From Eutreptiella sp. 'Long Island Sound 2002' (taxonomy: Eukaryota > Protista > Euglenida), in the NCBI GenBank assembly GCA_964036045.1, contig OZ038379.1, positions 23,932,001-23,996,000 on the forward strand: a stretch of 64,000 nt of DNA, written 5' to 3'. Positions 1 through 10,170 of the stretch are shown in pieces (the stretch's first letter is position 1; every line of letters begins with the position of its first letter). The position numbers were made by a program, and so were the translations under genes. The notes below the pieces were generated by a model. That model did no database searches, was not told the DNA's origin, and worked only from the letters and a program-made list of their open reading frames with translations.

Positions 1-547
1 GTCTAGGTGCAGTTTGCGCAGACGTTGCGGTGCAACCATTTGAGAGACAGCTTGCACACATGGAAAGGCATTCCAAGCAATGGATGATTGGCGTTACAAA
101 AAAAAAAGCACCGCAGTTAGGGTAAGTCGCCAAATGCGCGCCGATTTTGGCCCGTCCTTCACAGTCGGCCGAAATTCTCTAAAAAATTTTCGGATTTCCT
201 GGAAATTTCTGGATGGGTCTACAGAATGGGACCCAGGCTACTGGCCCATAGCATCAGATCCGGATTCGGTGCTAAAAATCGCCAGATATCTGGCTGGGAA
301 CAGAGCGCCCTCAGCAATTGCGCAAAAATGCGCATTTGCCAAATGACGGCTTAATTCGCTGCCCGTCACAGTGGCGCTTCGTTTGCCCGTTACACAGCAC
401 CAAATCTTATAATTTGTGGTTCTGCGGGTAGATCCAGACCCAGGCTACTCGGGAGGGAGGGTCCCAGGCCCTTCGGCGATGCCGGTCCGGCTTTTGCCTG
501 TCGGCACTGTAGCAACCCTTGCTTGAGCTTGGTGCTTCTCTTGTTTT

Positions 548-2368
548 TTGCCAATGGTGTCCATGGAGGAAACCCCCTGGGGCAGCCACCCTGGTCTCAA
601 TGAAAGCAAAAATTTTTTGTCTTTTAATTGGACAGATTCCACAAGTCTCCGGTTGGCTAAACAAGACCCATTTGCTTGTGCAATGTTGGATGAGTTAGAT
701 GAGGGCAGTGTTGGTTTGAGTCGAGAACAGTCTTCAAGTTCGGAGGGACTGTTGTTCTCCGATAGTGACGAGGTGGCAGAGTCCGAGGACGAAGGTATGA
801 CAACCAAAAAGGTTTGTGGTGAAGAAGAAGACATTGTCCCTTGTTCCCAACCCGATTCTGACGTGGAGATTTGTCCCAATGACATTTCTCCTCAAGAGGA
901 TCGGGTAGATGTCACCAAAGAGTTAAATCGTAGTGGCCGCCCGGTGCGGGCCGCTTCGCTTGGTGTTGGTCAATACTTAGTTGCGGCAAGGGCGGCCGCG
1001 GCATCTCGCGCTTGCGTTGAGGCAGGTCCAAGAGGTGCCCGGACCGATCGTCAAAGGCGGGCCCTAAGCCAAACTGCAATGCGAAGGGCAATGACGGATG
1101 TTCAGCCTTACGATCGTAATGAGGCTGTTCCGCAATCTGCCACGCAACCCGCTCCTCTCACTTCTGCCTCTTTGCTGCTTCACAAGTACGTTGCAGATTT
1201 CGAGAAACTGCCATTACGATTTCTGCAATGCAAGGATCGCAACATGTCATCTCTAGATCGTGCGGACATGGAGCGGTTTGTTCAGGAGTTTGGGGACGTG
1301 TACAATAAAGGCGTAACCGAACCAAACCTGGTAAACGGCTTTGCTGACTTAGGATTGTGGCCGTTTTCATGGGAAAAGGTTAGCAAAAAGTTGGATGGAT
1401 TCCGAGCACGGGAAGCAATGCAAAGAGCCCATGATGAACAACAGGATTCCGCAATTAGAGAGGAACTGGCGGTGGCAGCAGCCGAGAGGCCCGAACGCAC
1501 GGTGCGTGTGGTGGTTGAATGGCCCGGGTCACCACGCGATGGTTCTGCTTCTCCCTTGTCTGCTCCTGTCCCGCCCACGCCCACCGCCTCTGTCCGCAGC
1601 TCTAGTGTTAGTACGTGTGTCGGTGGGTCTCCACCCGGCATGACGACTGCCGGCACGCAGGTGTCACCGGGCCTGGGGGTGCGGAAGCGCCTGTGGAAGA
1701 AAAAACCTGATGGGCCCGGTGTGTCAAAGCCCAGGCGCCTGGATCTGGTGTTGATCCGGGGCGGGGAGTTGACCAACGAGGAGGTAGTGGCGGACCTGCG
1801 TGCGGACCAAGCGGACAAGGAACAGAAAAGGGCAGAGGTGGAACAACGGAAAAAGGAAAGGGAAGACAAGCGGGAGCAAAGGAAGAAGGACGAGGAGGAG
1901 AGAAAGAAAAAACAGGAGGAACGGAAACACGCGGCGGAAGAGAAAAAGAGGCGCGCAGCGGAGGAAAAACGGAAGCGAGAGGAGGAACGGGCGGCAACAC
2001 AACGGAGGAAAGAGGAGGAACGGGTGGCCACCCAAAGGCGGAAAGAAGAGGAAAGGGCGGCCAGGCCAAAGCGGGGAGTGAAGCGGAAGGCCGGTCCCGA
2101 ACAGTGGGATGATGGGACCACGTGCCCTTGCGGCAATGATGTCGGGACCGGCCTCACTGAAAACTGGGCCCAGTGTGACACCTGCGAAGCGTGGATTCAC
2201 GACGGCTGCTTTGGCTTGGAATGGGCACGGGACGGCCCATACATTGAGCAGCCTGACAGCCGGTGGCAATGTGCCCGGTGCCGGCCCGCGTCCGATGATG
2301 GAGACGATGGTGACGACTCTGACGCTGACCATTCCCAGCCCTCCATGGCTGGGAGTGATAGCGCATAA
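548..2368 (+). CDS. pogo/Fot1-like (Tc1/mariner superfamily) transposase-derived ORF, N-terminally incomplete, with coiled coil and C-terminal PHD-type finger
   Basis: 606-aa open frame. QPYD resembles the pogo QPLD motif. VYNKGVTEPNLVNGFADLGLWPF resembles the pogo AxxKAxTxxNIxxGFxxxGIxP motif. A K/E/R-rich coiled coil follows, then CPC...CDTCEAWIHDGC...WQCARC (PHD-like). No HTH or upstream DDE motifs recognised. Confidence 0.6.
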   Translation: MPMVSMEETPWGSHPGLNESKNFLSFNWTDSTSLRLAKQDPFACAMLDELDEGSVGLSREQSSSSEGLLFSDSDEVAESEDEGMTTKKVCGEEEDIVPCSQPDSDVEICPNDISPQEDRVDVTKELNRSGRPVRAASLGVGQYLVAARAAAASRACVEAGPRGARTDRQRRALSQTAMRRAMTDVQPYDRNEAVPQSATQPAPLTSASLLLHKYVADFEKLPLRFLQCKDRNMSSLDRADMERFVQEFGDVYNKGVTEPNLVNGFADLGLWPFSWEKVSKKLDGFRAREAMQRAHDEQQDSAIREELAVAAAERPERTVRVVVEWPGSPRDGSASPLSAPVPPTPTASVRSSSVSTCVGGSPPGMTTAGTQVSPGLGVRKRLWKKKPDGPGVSKPRRLDLVLIRGGELTNEEVVADLRADQADKEQKRAEVEQRKKEREDKREQRKKDEEERKKKQEERKHAAEEKKRRAAEEKRKREEERAATQRRKEEERVATQRRKEEERAARPKRGVKRKAGPEQWDDGTTCPCGNDVGTGLTENWAQCDTCEAWIHDGCFGLEWARDGPYIEQPDSRWQCARCRPASDDGDDGDDSDADHSQPSMAGSDSA

Positions 2369-4670
2369 AGAGTCGTAGATGGGGGGAGGGGGGGGGAGGG
2401 GGGGTGGGTGAAAAAGGGGGTGGGATGCCATGGACACCGTTGGAGAGGACAGAGAACCCAAGTGAGAGCGGGGGCAATGCCCCATACACCAAAGGTATAC
2501 CCACCCCCCCATAGTGTAGCAGAGCCCAATTATGGCAGAACGCAGATTTCTGACGAATTTGCGTGCTAGCCATGTAGGTCGGGCTAGATAACACCATTTG
2601 ACACGAACTATGCATGTTTTGAGTAGCGTGGATCGTCCTCTACGCGATGAGCAACTTTGTTTTTGCGTGGTGTGCCGTTTACCCCTCTCCCGAAGCGCGA
2701 CCGTGATCCAACCAAAACAGAAAACTCAGAAATTGAGCTTCTGGGCAGCAAAGACCTCGGTAAGATGGCTTCCCTCCGATGGGTAAATCGGCTCGATATA
2801 GGGTACCGAACGCATTTCTAAGTAGCGTGGGTCAAGACGCACGCGTGCATATCTTTAGATTTTGCCAACTCACCGGTGACGTCACGCACCAAGCGCGACC
2901 GTGACGCGCGCACATCTGGGGACGTCATTTGGCCAGCTTTGGATAAACGGCAAGTTACCCTAACTTTTCACAAAAAATCACAAAGTGACAAACATGTTCA
3001 CATGAAGTAGAATCGACGGCTTTGTGAGCAGGCGCCAGCTCGATGCATACCTCGAGCGGGAGTGAGCGTCACCCTCTGGGCCACACCCCTCACAACCCAC
3101 ACATCCGCAACCTTTCCTAATTCATGAAATCCGCCGTCGCATCTCGCAACTCGCAACGAGGTAAATAACGCCCACGCACAGGCCTCGCATTCGCAACTTT
3201 AACCAATTTGATAAAATCGCCGCTCGCGAACAACCATGTCACTAGACCTCGAAACCAAGGAGATTTCGCGGACGCATCAAGGGGGGGGGTTGAGTTGGTC
3301 CACGCCTGCCCGCCATAGCACCTACTATTACCAAAGAGCTTTCTCTTGTCTCAAAATTTCTTTTGGATTTCTTTCTCTTTTAATTCTCCCCACACCATAG
3401 CATATTGTGTTGGGCCTTGGATTTTGCCTCTTTGCCTCTGCTCTCAAGATCACATGATGACGATGATGTGGTTGATGTAGGTATTGGTACAATTTCCTCA
3501 TCATGAAGCTGCACATGCAAAATCCACAAAATCTGCAAAATCCGCGGAATCCGCAGGTTGGGGGGGTGGGGGGTTAGTAGGGCAGGATCCGCGGAATCCA
3601 CGGCGTCACGAAACCTCCCAAGCGATCTGGTCATGTAGTTTGCCACGGCAAAATTCAGCCAATGTGTTGCGCACAAGTAAAATGCAAGCACCGGAGAAGA
3701 AGACACCAAAGAAACGATCTCCAACCTCCCTCGGCAACTCAAGAATGGAATCTCGTAGCTTCAAGTGGGAGGTGCACAATGCGCGCATAAACTGATGTGA
3801 ATCCATGCTCACGCGCCACGACGGGCACTAGGCCTTGTTTGGCAAGCGGGTTTGTTTTCATCTCCGCGATAGTGAAAGTATGCGCGACAGTGGTAGTACG
3901 AGGGACGAATACGAGTGGGACAAGTGGCTGTGGCACAGAGGTAGGGCAGCCATGGAATGGTCTCCCACCGCCTTGTAGCACAACATGCGCATCATGCATT
4001 AGCAGAGAACCGAAAGGTGGGGTGCACAGGGAGAGTAGGCATGGGGCCAACAGAACAGGAATTTTACCGGGGTGTGAGCAACACGAGCATCCATGCGTAA
4101 GGAAAGGTGGACAAATTACCTGCGCCATTTGCACGTTATGCACGGGTGATATGCCTGTCTCATACATGATGTGTTGTTATTCCAACAGTCTCTGTACCAC
4201 GTGCAGCCTCATGATCATCGCTAAGCTCCAAAATAGGTTTTTTTTTGGGTGGTTGCGAGGTAGTTGAGTGTCCGCAACAAGACACGACATGGGACCAATG
4301 AGTCAAAATCCCTTCAAATGTAGACTTTGAAAACTCCAAAGGCGCCCTTTCCTGTGGACACGGTCAAAGGAACTTGGTGGGTCAATCATTTGTATACATT
4401 GCTTGCTATGCTCCATATCCCAACTCATACCATCATGAAAAGGGTGCCGAACCCCCGTTCGAAAACCCGTGAGCTACAACTGAGGCACCATGGCCCACAA
4501 TGCACATACACCCGCGTTGGGTGTGATGCTATTCAGGTGGTGTCAAACCCACATGTACACCCACACACATAGTTGCGAGCGGTGGGGGGACTAGTCGCTA
4601 GGTTTTCATGGGGGATTGGTTGTTCGCTGATCTTGGTGCCTTCTATGCGCTTGACTCACGAAGCTACTGC

Positions 4671-4704
4671 CTTTGCTAGCTCTTTGCCGGCCCACACTCT
4701 CCAG
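4671..4704 (+). promoter_or_regulatory. Pyrimidine tract plus CAG, candidate 3' (trans-)splice acceptor just upstream of the GNAT ATG
   Basis: ctttgctagctctttgccggcccacactctccag ends 8 nt before ATG 4713; no upstream donor identified. Confidence 0.3.
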
Positions 4705-4712
4705 CCCAAAAA

Positions 4713-5652
4713 ATGCCAAGTGCTTTGGATACCGCCCTGCCCTCCCCATCGCTGGCCTCCATCGTCATCCCATCGACATTAGAGTCTTTCATCGAGCAGT
4801 GCCAACCCGTGTGTCCCCCTCTTTTGCACCCCCTTGCTTGCATGCTCTACCCCATGGCCAAGACTGCTCGATTGTCAGGCCTCGTCCAGGCGCACACCCC
4901 TACCTCCCACGCTCTGCTCTGCTTCACCCTCACCGACTCTGGCTTCCTTGTGATATGTTCCTCCCATGAAAGTGACTGCAGCCCACACTTCGATGAGGCA
5001 TTGCGTGCGTTGCTACGCCATTTGCGGACGCAACGAACCCTAATCTCAAGAATTTTCGGGGCCCCAGGGCTTCGTGCCGTGCTGGAGGCTGTGACCGATG
5101 AAGGTATTGCACAAGTGGAGCCATACCTCAGTTGCGTAGGGCTGCAAGCTCCTGCGCTTGCAGACAAACCAATGTTGCCTCAAGACATGCGTTGGAGGGT
5201 TTGTGGTGAAGGTGATACCCAACTACTTCGGGATTGGATGCAAGCGTTCAATGTAGAATTGCAGCTGGTCACACCGGACCTGGACGGACTCGTTATGAAG
5301 TTGGTGCGGGAACAAACAGCGTTTTTGCTATGCAGTGGTGCGCCTGATAACCAAGCTGTGGCCCTGTGTTGTGCACAAGGGGACTGCCAAGTCTCTGCAG
5401 ATGTGCGGTTATCCCGTATCACAGCGCTCTACACACCCCCGGAGCTCAGAGGCCAGGGGCAGGGGCCAGGGGCACGCCAAGGCATTGGTGTTGCAGACAC
5501 AGTGGCATCTCCAACAAGTGCGGGAGGGCAGCGCCGTTCGATTATATGTGGACGCCCACAACGCCAAGACCCGAAAGTTCTATGCAGGCGCAGGTTACAA
5601 GGAGCAGGACGATGGACGGGTCTATGAGTGCGTGAAAGTCACGTGGGCTTAG
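4713..5652 (+). pseudogene. Intronless GNAT-family acetyltransferase with one frameshift at ~5451-5473
   Basis: ORF 4713 reads to ITALYTPPELRGQG; ORF 5335-5652 continues HAKALVLQ...VRLYVDAHNAKTRKFYAGAGY. Removing 13 nt (5461-5473) gives the acetyl-CoA motif LRGQGHAKAL and a TAG stop at 5650-5652. Confidence 0.75.
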
Positions 5653-5898
5653 TGTGATTACGAGACACCACTGCCTAGTGGTTGCAATGGGCGCCTCAGA
5701 GATCCTAGAGATCCTTCTTGGTGACGTGCATGGGGAAAATGGGATGACTTCTCAGTACGGTCGTGGGCTGAGATGTCCTCATGCAAACGTTGCAAAGTGT
5801 GTTGCTTTGCCCATTCACAACCTCGCTGTCATCCCTCCTAGCGTCTGTCAAACTTTTGTTATGAGCGTGTAGTTGCATAGTACTCCCCTGAGCACTCC

Positions 5899-8461
5899 AT
5901 GTCACGCTTCTGCGTCACCCTGCACAAGAAGGGGCAACACTTCCGAAGGGGTTTGGGTTTTTTACATGCCGGGGGTTTGCAGGGACCCCAGGAGCCTCAG
6001 CAACGAACGCTGGAGATCTTCCCCTTGCCCATTTCATTTCAGTTTTATTGCATCAAATTGCTGGGGTCCCTTGGATCCTTTTTGCTTTGGTTTGTTGTTG
6101 TGTCATTGCTATGCAGCAGCTGCTGCTCCTGCTGCTGTTGTTGATGTTGCTATTGCTGCTGGTGGTGGTGCTGCTGGTTATGGTTTTGGTAGTGGTGCTG
6201 CTAGGAGTGTGTCTTGGCATTTGCGCATATGGTGCGTGTTGGGGCCAAGCGGTACAACGGGGTACTATGGCTTCTGCATATTCTTCTGCACCAGTCTCAT
6301 GATCATCTGGGGAGTTTCTTCGCGTTTTGTGCTTGCCCCTGCAGTCTGAATAATGTTGTGGCATGTGATGGATCAGCATTTAAGTATCCCCCTCTTGCCT
6401 TGCCCCCCCGCCCCCCCCATCCCCGCCCCTGCCCTGCCCAACCGCAGCGCCTGCCTAGCAGGCAGCCCATCATCGCGGACTAACGCAAAACACCAAATAC
6501 GGATGTCTTCGCTTGCAAAACTTCTAACCTTCAGCGCTTCAGCCCATGTCCCAGTATGGTTGCAATGGGATTCTACAATATCAGCAGAGAGACCATTCTT
6601 CTCCCCTTGTGCCCTGTGCATGAACTGTGCGTCCCCAGCATAAACAAGGGCCGGAAACATGATCTACCTCTACAAAAAATTGTTCATTGCTTTGAGTGAT
6701 GCGATTCAGAAAAAGAACGGTTGAAGGAATTTGACTTGTTCAGAGTTAACTGGGTAAATCCCAGTGATCAATGCTGCGGAGGTGAACACACAGGCAACAA
6801 GTGCATATGCAACCAGGCAAGCGCACACACGATGAGACGAGTATGCAAGCAACCCAAAACCTGCCAACATTCATGACTCAAACTGATGTCCATCACACAT
6901 TCATTATTCTGAGGTATGCATCGTGGGAGAAACGGTTTCGAAGATGTTGTATTGGGGCCCGTTTTCAAGCCATCGCCAGCCTTGAGGACAACCCTTTGGT
7001 TTAGGCTCCGTGACAAGAGCCCTATTTCAGGAGGTCACCACCACAAAGACACTGAGGGCAGGTTCAGGTCTTTTCTGTGGCATACTGGCAGTTGTTACCT
7101 ACTTGCTATATCTGTTTGGTTGCTGACCTGCTTTCCCTGCCCTGGAATCCACCAGCATACCCAGGATTCCTGTTGGGTGTTTGCTGATCCCCTCACCGCT
7201 GTCTGAAGCCCCATGAACAGCGGAGGACATGGCGATCCTTCTGACATTGTCTTTGCCGTTGTGTGCGGTGAGCGTCGCGCGCAGGGTGGGGGATGTCTTG
7301 GCCAGCCAATCCATGTGCCAGGGGTGTAGCCACACAGAACGGAAACGTGCTGTGTGCTCCACAAAGGAAGAGTCTGGGATTGCATGACTGGTTGTTGGTT
7401 CGTTGGGGTGTTACTGGGGATTGCTCAACTTGTTCAAGGATGTGCCGTTTTTCGGAGCGCTGTTGGTGCCTGTTCGGACCTGGAAAGTCTGCCAGGGCAG
7501 GCTGGGCTTGGGGTGGGTGACCTGCCTGCATGGGCTGGGCTGGGGAAGTGGAAAACCATCTGCGGGGCGGAGGGGGGGGGGGCTTCACGTGGAGTATGAC
7601 AAAGAACGGGAGCGGGGGAGATGTGTGGAGCATTGTGGTGTTTGATTCGTGTGGACGGAGCCACTGCCAACACTGACTCCGTCCGTCAGCCCCAACCTGC
7701 CTCGTGTGCAACTCCCTGGGGGAGGGGGGGGGGTGTCAAACAGCCGTAAAACAGTCACCGGTGTCTTCGCTCGCCGCGAGCATGGCTGCCATACTCTGCG
7801 CAGCCACTTGAGGTACCCCCGAGGATGTACATGCCCATCATGAGGCCCCTCACAGTCAGTCTGTGCTGCTACTGTGCCCCGCCGCTGATGCACTGGTCCT
7901 CGGAACATCGGAGGGGCATCAGCACAGGGATAACACATATTGTGAATATGGAGTGGGGAAGGCCCCGCACGGGTGTCGATCGCAAAGAGCTGTTGATTTC
8001 CCCTCTGCATAACTTCAAAATGCAGGACAGGAACTGCGGACAGATATCGCCGCACATTTTGGGTCACGCGATCCAAACTGAAGGGCGATGCGGAGTGCTT
8101 GGGAGGGTCCGCCCGGACTTTATCCAGGGCTTCCATTCAGTAGGTTGGTACGTTTTGACTGCGACGGACATGACATAGGTGCATGATGGGGTACAGCCTA
8201 CTTGTGGTGCTCTGCCCACTGGTGTATGTCCACTGACCGTCAGTGAGCAATGTCGTTGAATACTGCTTTCTTCCATGCCCAAATGGAATGTCATGTGCAG
8301 ATTCCAGGATCAGATCAGATCAGATCAGATCAACACCTCATGCTACGGGAATGACGTTCGTGTGGTCGGTGTCTTCCCTTTGGGTGAGTCTCCCCCGCAT
8401 GCTTTGGATGTGGCACCCATGGGAGTAATCTGCTTCTCCCTATGTGGTGGTCCCGATGTCC
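5899..8461 (+). CDS. Putative upstream exons (long N-terminal region) of the kinase gene; approximate model
   Basis: Hand-built phase-compatible GT-AG chain with candidate introns 5951-5982, 6090-6204, 6386-6542, 6696-6743, 6782-6913, 7062-7208, 7268-7329, ~7513-7754 (frame link not verified), 8140-8307 and 8462-8503. In-frame stops fall inside the introns. No domain recognised and individual boundaries are uncertain. Confidence 0.4.
6095..6200. repeat. Compound TGT/TGC/GGT trinucleotide microsatellite inside a putative intron
   Basis: Visible runs of tgc, tgt and ggt triplets between GT 6090 and AG 6204. Confidence 0.85.
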
Positions 8462-8503
8462 GTGAGTCCTGATACAATCCATTTGCTGACAACTGTGGAT
8501 AAG

Positions 8504-8589
8504 AGGGTCCGTTTCCCAGACCTTGGGACTCTCTGAATACCGCCCACCCACAAGTCGTCACTCTGCGGACACCTTGTCCAGTCACGCCG
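8504..8589 (+). CDS. Kinase-gene exon immediately left of the inverted blocks (GPFPRPWDSLNTAHPQVVTLRTPCPVTP)
   Basis: Preceded by a 42-nt GTGAGT..CTGAC..AAG intron (8462-8503). Its donor exists only after re-inversion: G8590 + TGAG from the reverse complement of 9962. Confidence 0.55.
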
Positions 8590-8590
8590 G

Positions 8591-8732
8591 CCGAAGTGGC
8601 TGTGCCACTTTGTACGTGTCCCCCATGTGCTGCATTAAATCTGCAGAAGCTTTTGTAGCCGCCAGCGGATCTACTGGTGCTTCGGAACCGAGAAGTCTAA
8701 TCTCCTTGAACTCCTCTTCGAGTGCAGTGAGT
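8591..8732 (-). CDS. Kinase-gene exon part ending block A (LTALEEEFKE...GDTYKVAQPLR), leading into the Gly-rich loop
   Basis: Acceptor gagtaaccgaaaagcag| at 8733. Ends at 8591 with no splice donor and joins in frame to 10170(-): YKVAQPLR|TGKLGTVYK. Confidence 0.75.
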
Positions 8733-9016
8733 CTGCTTTTCGGTTACTCATGTTCTCGGGTTCTACTGTCTCCCCTGATACCTCAACCGAGCTCCAATGG
8801 GTGCGGACGATGGACCATGGCTGCATCGTGGCCCATGGTGGCCCATCACAACCTAGGAATCCTGCAGATGTGACTGTCACAGAGGCTGATGCAAGGCATG
8901 TTGAGATGCAACGAGAGGCAATACAACACAATGAGGAAAGAAATTGCATCCCGGCAGTATCCGCTTTAGCCGGAGGTAGCAGGGCGAAGCTTTTCTGGCT
9001 CAGGGAGCGGTGTGAC

Positions 9017-9221
9017 CTCGGTCTCAAGATAGTAGAATCAATGCTATGATAGTTCCGGAGAGACACGGTTGCGGACATGACAACTTGTGAGGTACTGCTG
9101 AATCCATTTCCAATTGGTGTTGCCAAGCCATGGGCCCACGCCAGACACACGTAATGATGAACCCCTCCCTCTACTGTGTGCCACGCATTCCCTCCTGGCC
9201 GCAGGAGATAGGTATTTCCAT
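9017..9221 (-). CDS. Kinase-gene exon in inverted block A (GNTYLLRPGG...DSTILRP)
   Basis: Open frame with matching phases. Donor AG|GTCACA at 9016; an alternative phase-2 donor GTGTTG lies at 8929. Confidence 0.5.
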
Positions 9222-9269
9222 CTTCAGTTCTCTTTTTCTTGGTCTAATCGTCAGTTGTCTATCCACTAC

Positions 9270-9465
9270 GGTCCCAATAGCTGGCAGTGGGGCTTCTGTG
9301 TATGCAGACAATCTCATTTTGTGTTACAGCGGCACAGAAAGTGTTGCGGTGGTCCAGGAAATTTAAGGCCAACTGAAGATTTTTGGGACTTTCGGGGTAT
9401 ACGGAACCATCTGCAGGAAACTGTACGACTGTCAAAAACCAGCGAGTTGCAGAGTACATGACAAC
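9270..9465 (-). CDS. Kinase-gene exon in inverted block A (VVMYSATRWF...PTASYWD)
   Basis: 65 codons + 1 nt, open. Followed by a 48-nt GT..ACTGAC..AAG intron (9269-9222) that contains both TAG stops of this frame. Confidence 0.6.
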
Positions 9466-9535
9466 CTTACGGAACCATCTGCAGGAAACTGTACGACTGT
9501 CAAAAACCAGCGAGTTGCAGAGTACATGACAACCT
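9400..9535. repeat. Perfect 68-bp tandem duplication (2 copies) in coding sequence
   Basis: 9400-9467 and 9468-9535 are identical. Confidence 0.97.
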
Positions 9536-9605
9536 TTGAGTTCCTGGGCATGTCCAAACAATTTGTGTTACTTGGGACAAAGACTTGGTAATATCTTGGT
9601 ATCAG
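9534..9605 (-). CDS. Kinase-gene exon in inverted block A (LIPRYYQVFVPSNTNCLDMPRNSK)
   Basis: Minus-strand acceptor cacctgtcccag| at 9606; phase 0 matches the exon ending at 8589; followed by AAG|GT at 9533. Confidence 0.65.
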
Positions 9606-9962
9606 CTGGGACAGGTGGGTGATTATTACAAATCATGCGTCTAGACTAACTCTACAACAGGGAATTAGACCGGCATTCATGTTGTCCACTTAGGACGACC
9701 TTTTCAATGCAACCTGTTGCCTTAACGCAAGCAGTGGTAGGCTGGGCTAGGCAGCAGGAGTAGTAGATAGAGGAGTGTGGGATTTCTTGTGCAGTGAGCT
9801 AGAATCTGAGAACAACATGTACGCTTGTGCGTTTTGCATTGCATATGGTGTGCTTGTGTGTGGCGCCAAAACACACATCACTGACGGCACATCAACCACA
9901 TGGGCACAAGGATAAGTTGTCAAATACATCTGACGGACCTAGGGAAACCCCGATGAATCTCA

Positions 9963-10170
9963 ACAGGAACGCATCAAAGAGCCGGACACAATGCGGTGAC
10001 TTGATATGCTTCAAGATTTCAATCTCATGCAATATTCGCCTCCATTGATCCGTCTGGCAGGCTGGAGGCTTGTTTATCACCTTCACTGCGTACCAATCCC
10101 CGACTGTGGGACCATCCTCAGTACGGGCTTTGATACACTGGGACTTGTAGACAGTGCCCAGCTTCCCAGT
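9963..10170 (-). CDS. Kinase subdomains I-IV in inverted block B
   Basis: TGKLGTVYK...WYAVKVINK...HEIEILKHIKSPHCVRLFDAFL: Gly loop, catalytic Lys, alphaC Glu and subdomain IV, on the strand opposite to the rest of the kinase domain. 208 nt = 69 codons + 1. Confidence 0.92.

Noticed and set aside
1073-1096. Micro-inversion that would place PSHC before the pogo QPYD motif
   Set aside because: Spacing does not fit the PSHxSHxLQPxD consensus, the match arises from a short GCAATG repeat, and no upstream DDE motifs appear on either strand.
7585-8136. 183-aa minus-strand ORF
   Set aside because: It is the codon-aligned antisense shadow of a plus-strand frame that fits the exon chain; a stop lies immediately before its ATG and no motif is recognisable.
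8736-9048. Possible third, nested inversion (plus-strand ORF 8750-9049 between two same-frame minus segments)
   Set aside because: A canonical minus-strand intron (9016-8733 or 8929-8733) explains the frame change without extra rearrangement; the plus ORF has no recognisable motif.
6690-9262. Apparent in-frame TGA/TAG stops in protein-like frames, suggesting UGA=Trp recoding or A-to-I stop editing
   Set aside because: The stops examined (6697, 7204, 9261, 9246) fall inside short phase-compatible GT-AG introns or in alternative frames, and all 12 Trp codons checked in the confident kinase and GNAT coding segments are TGG.
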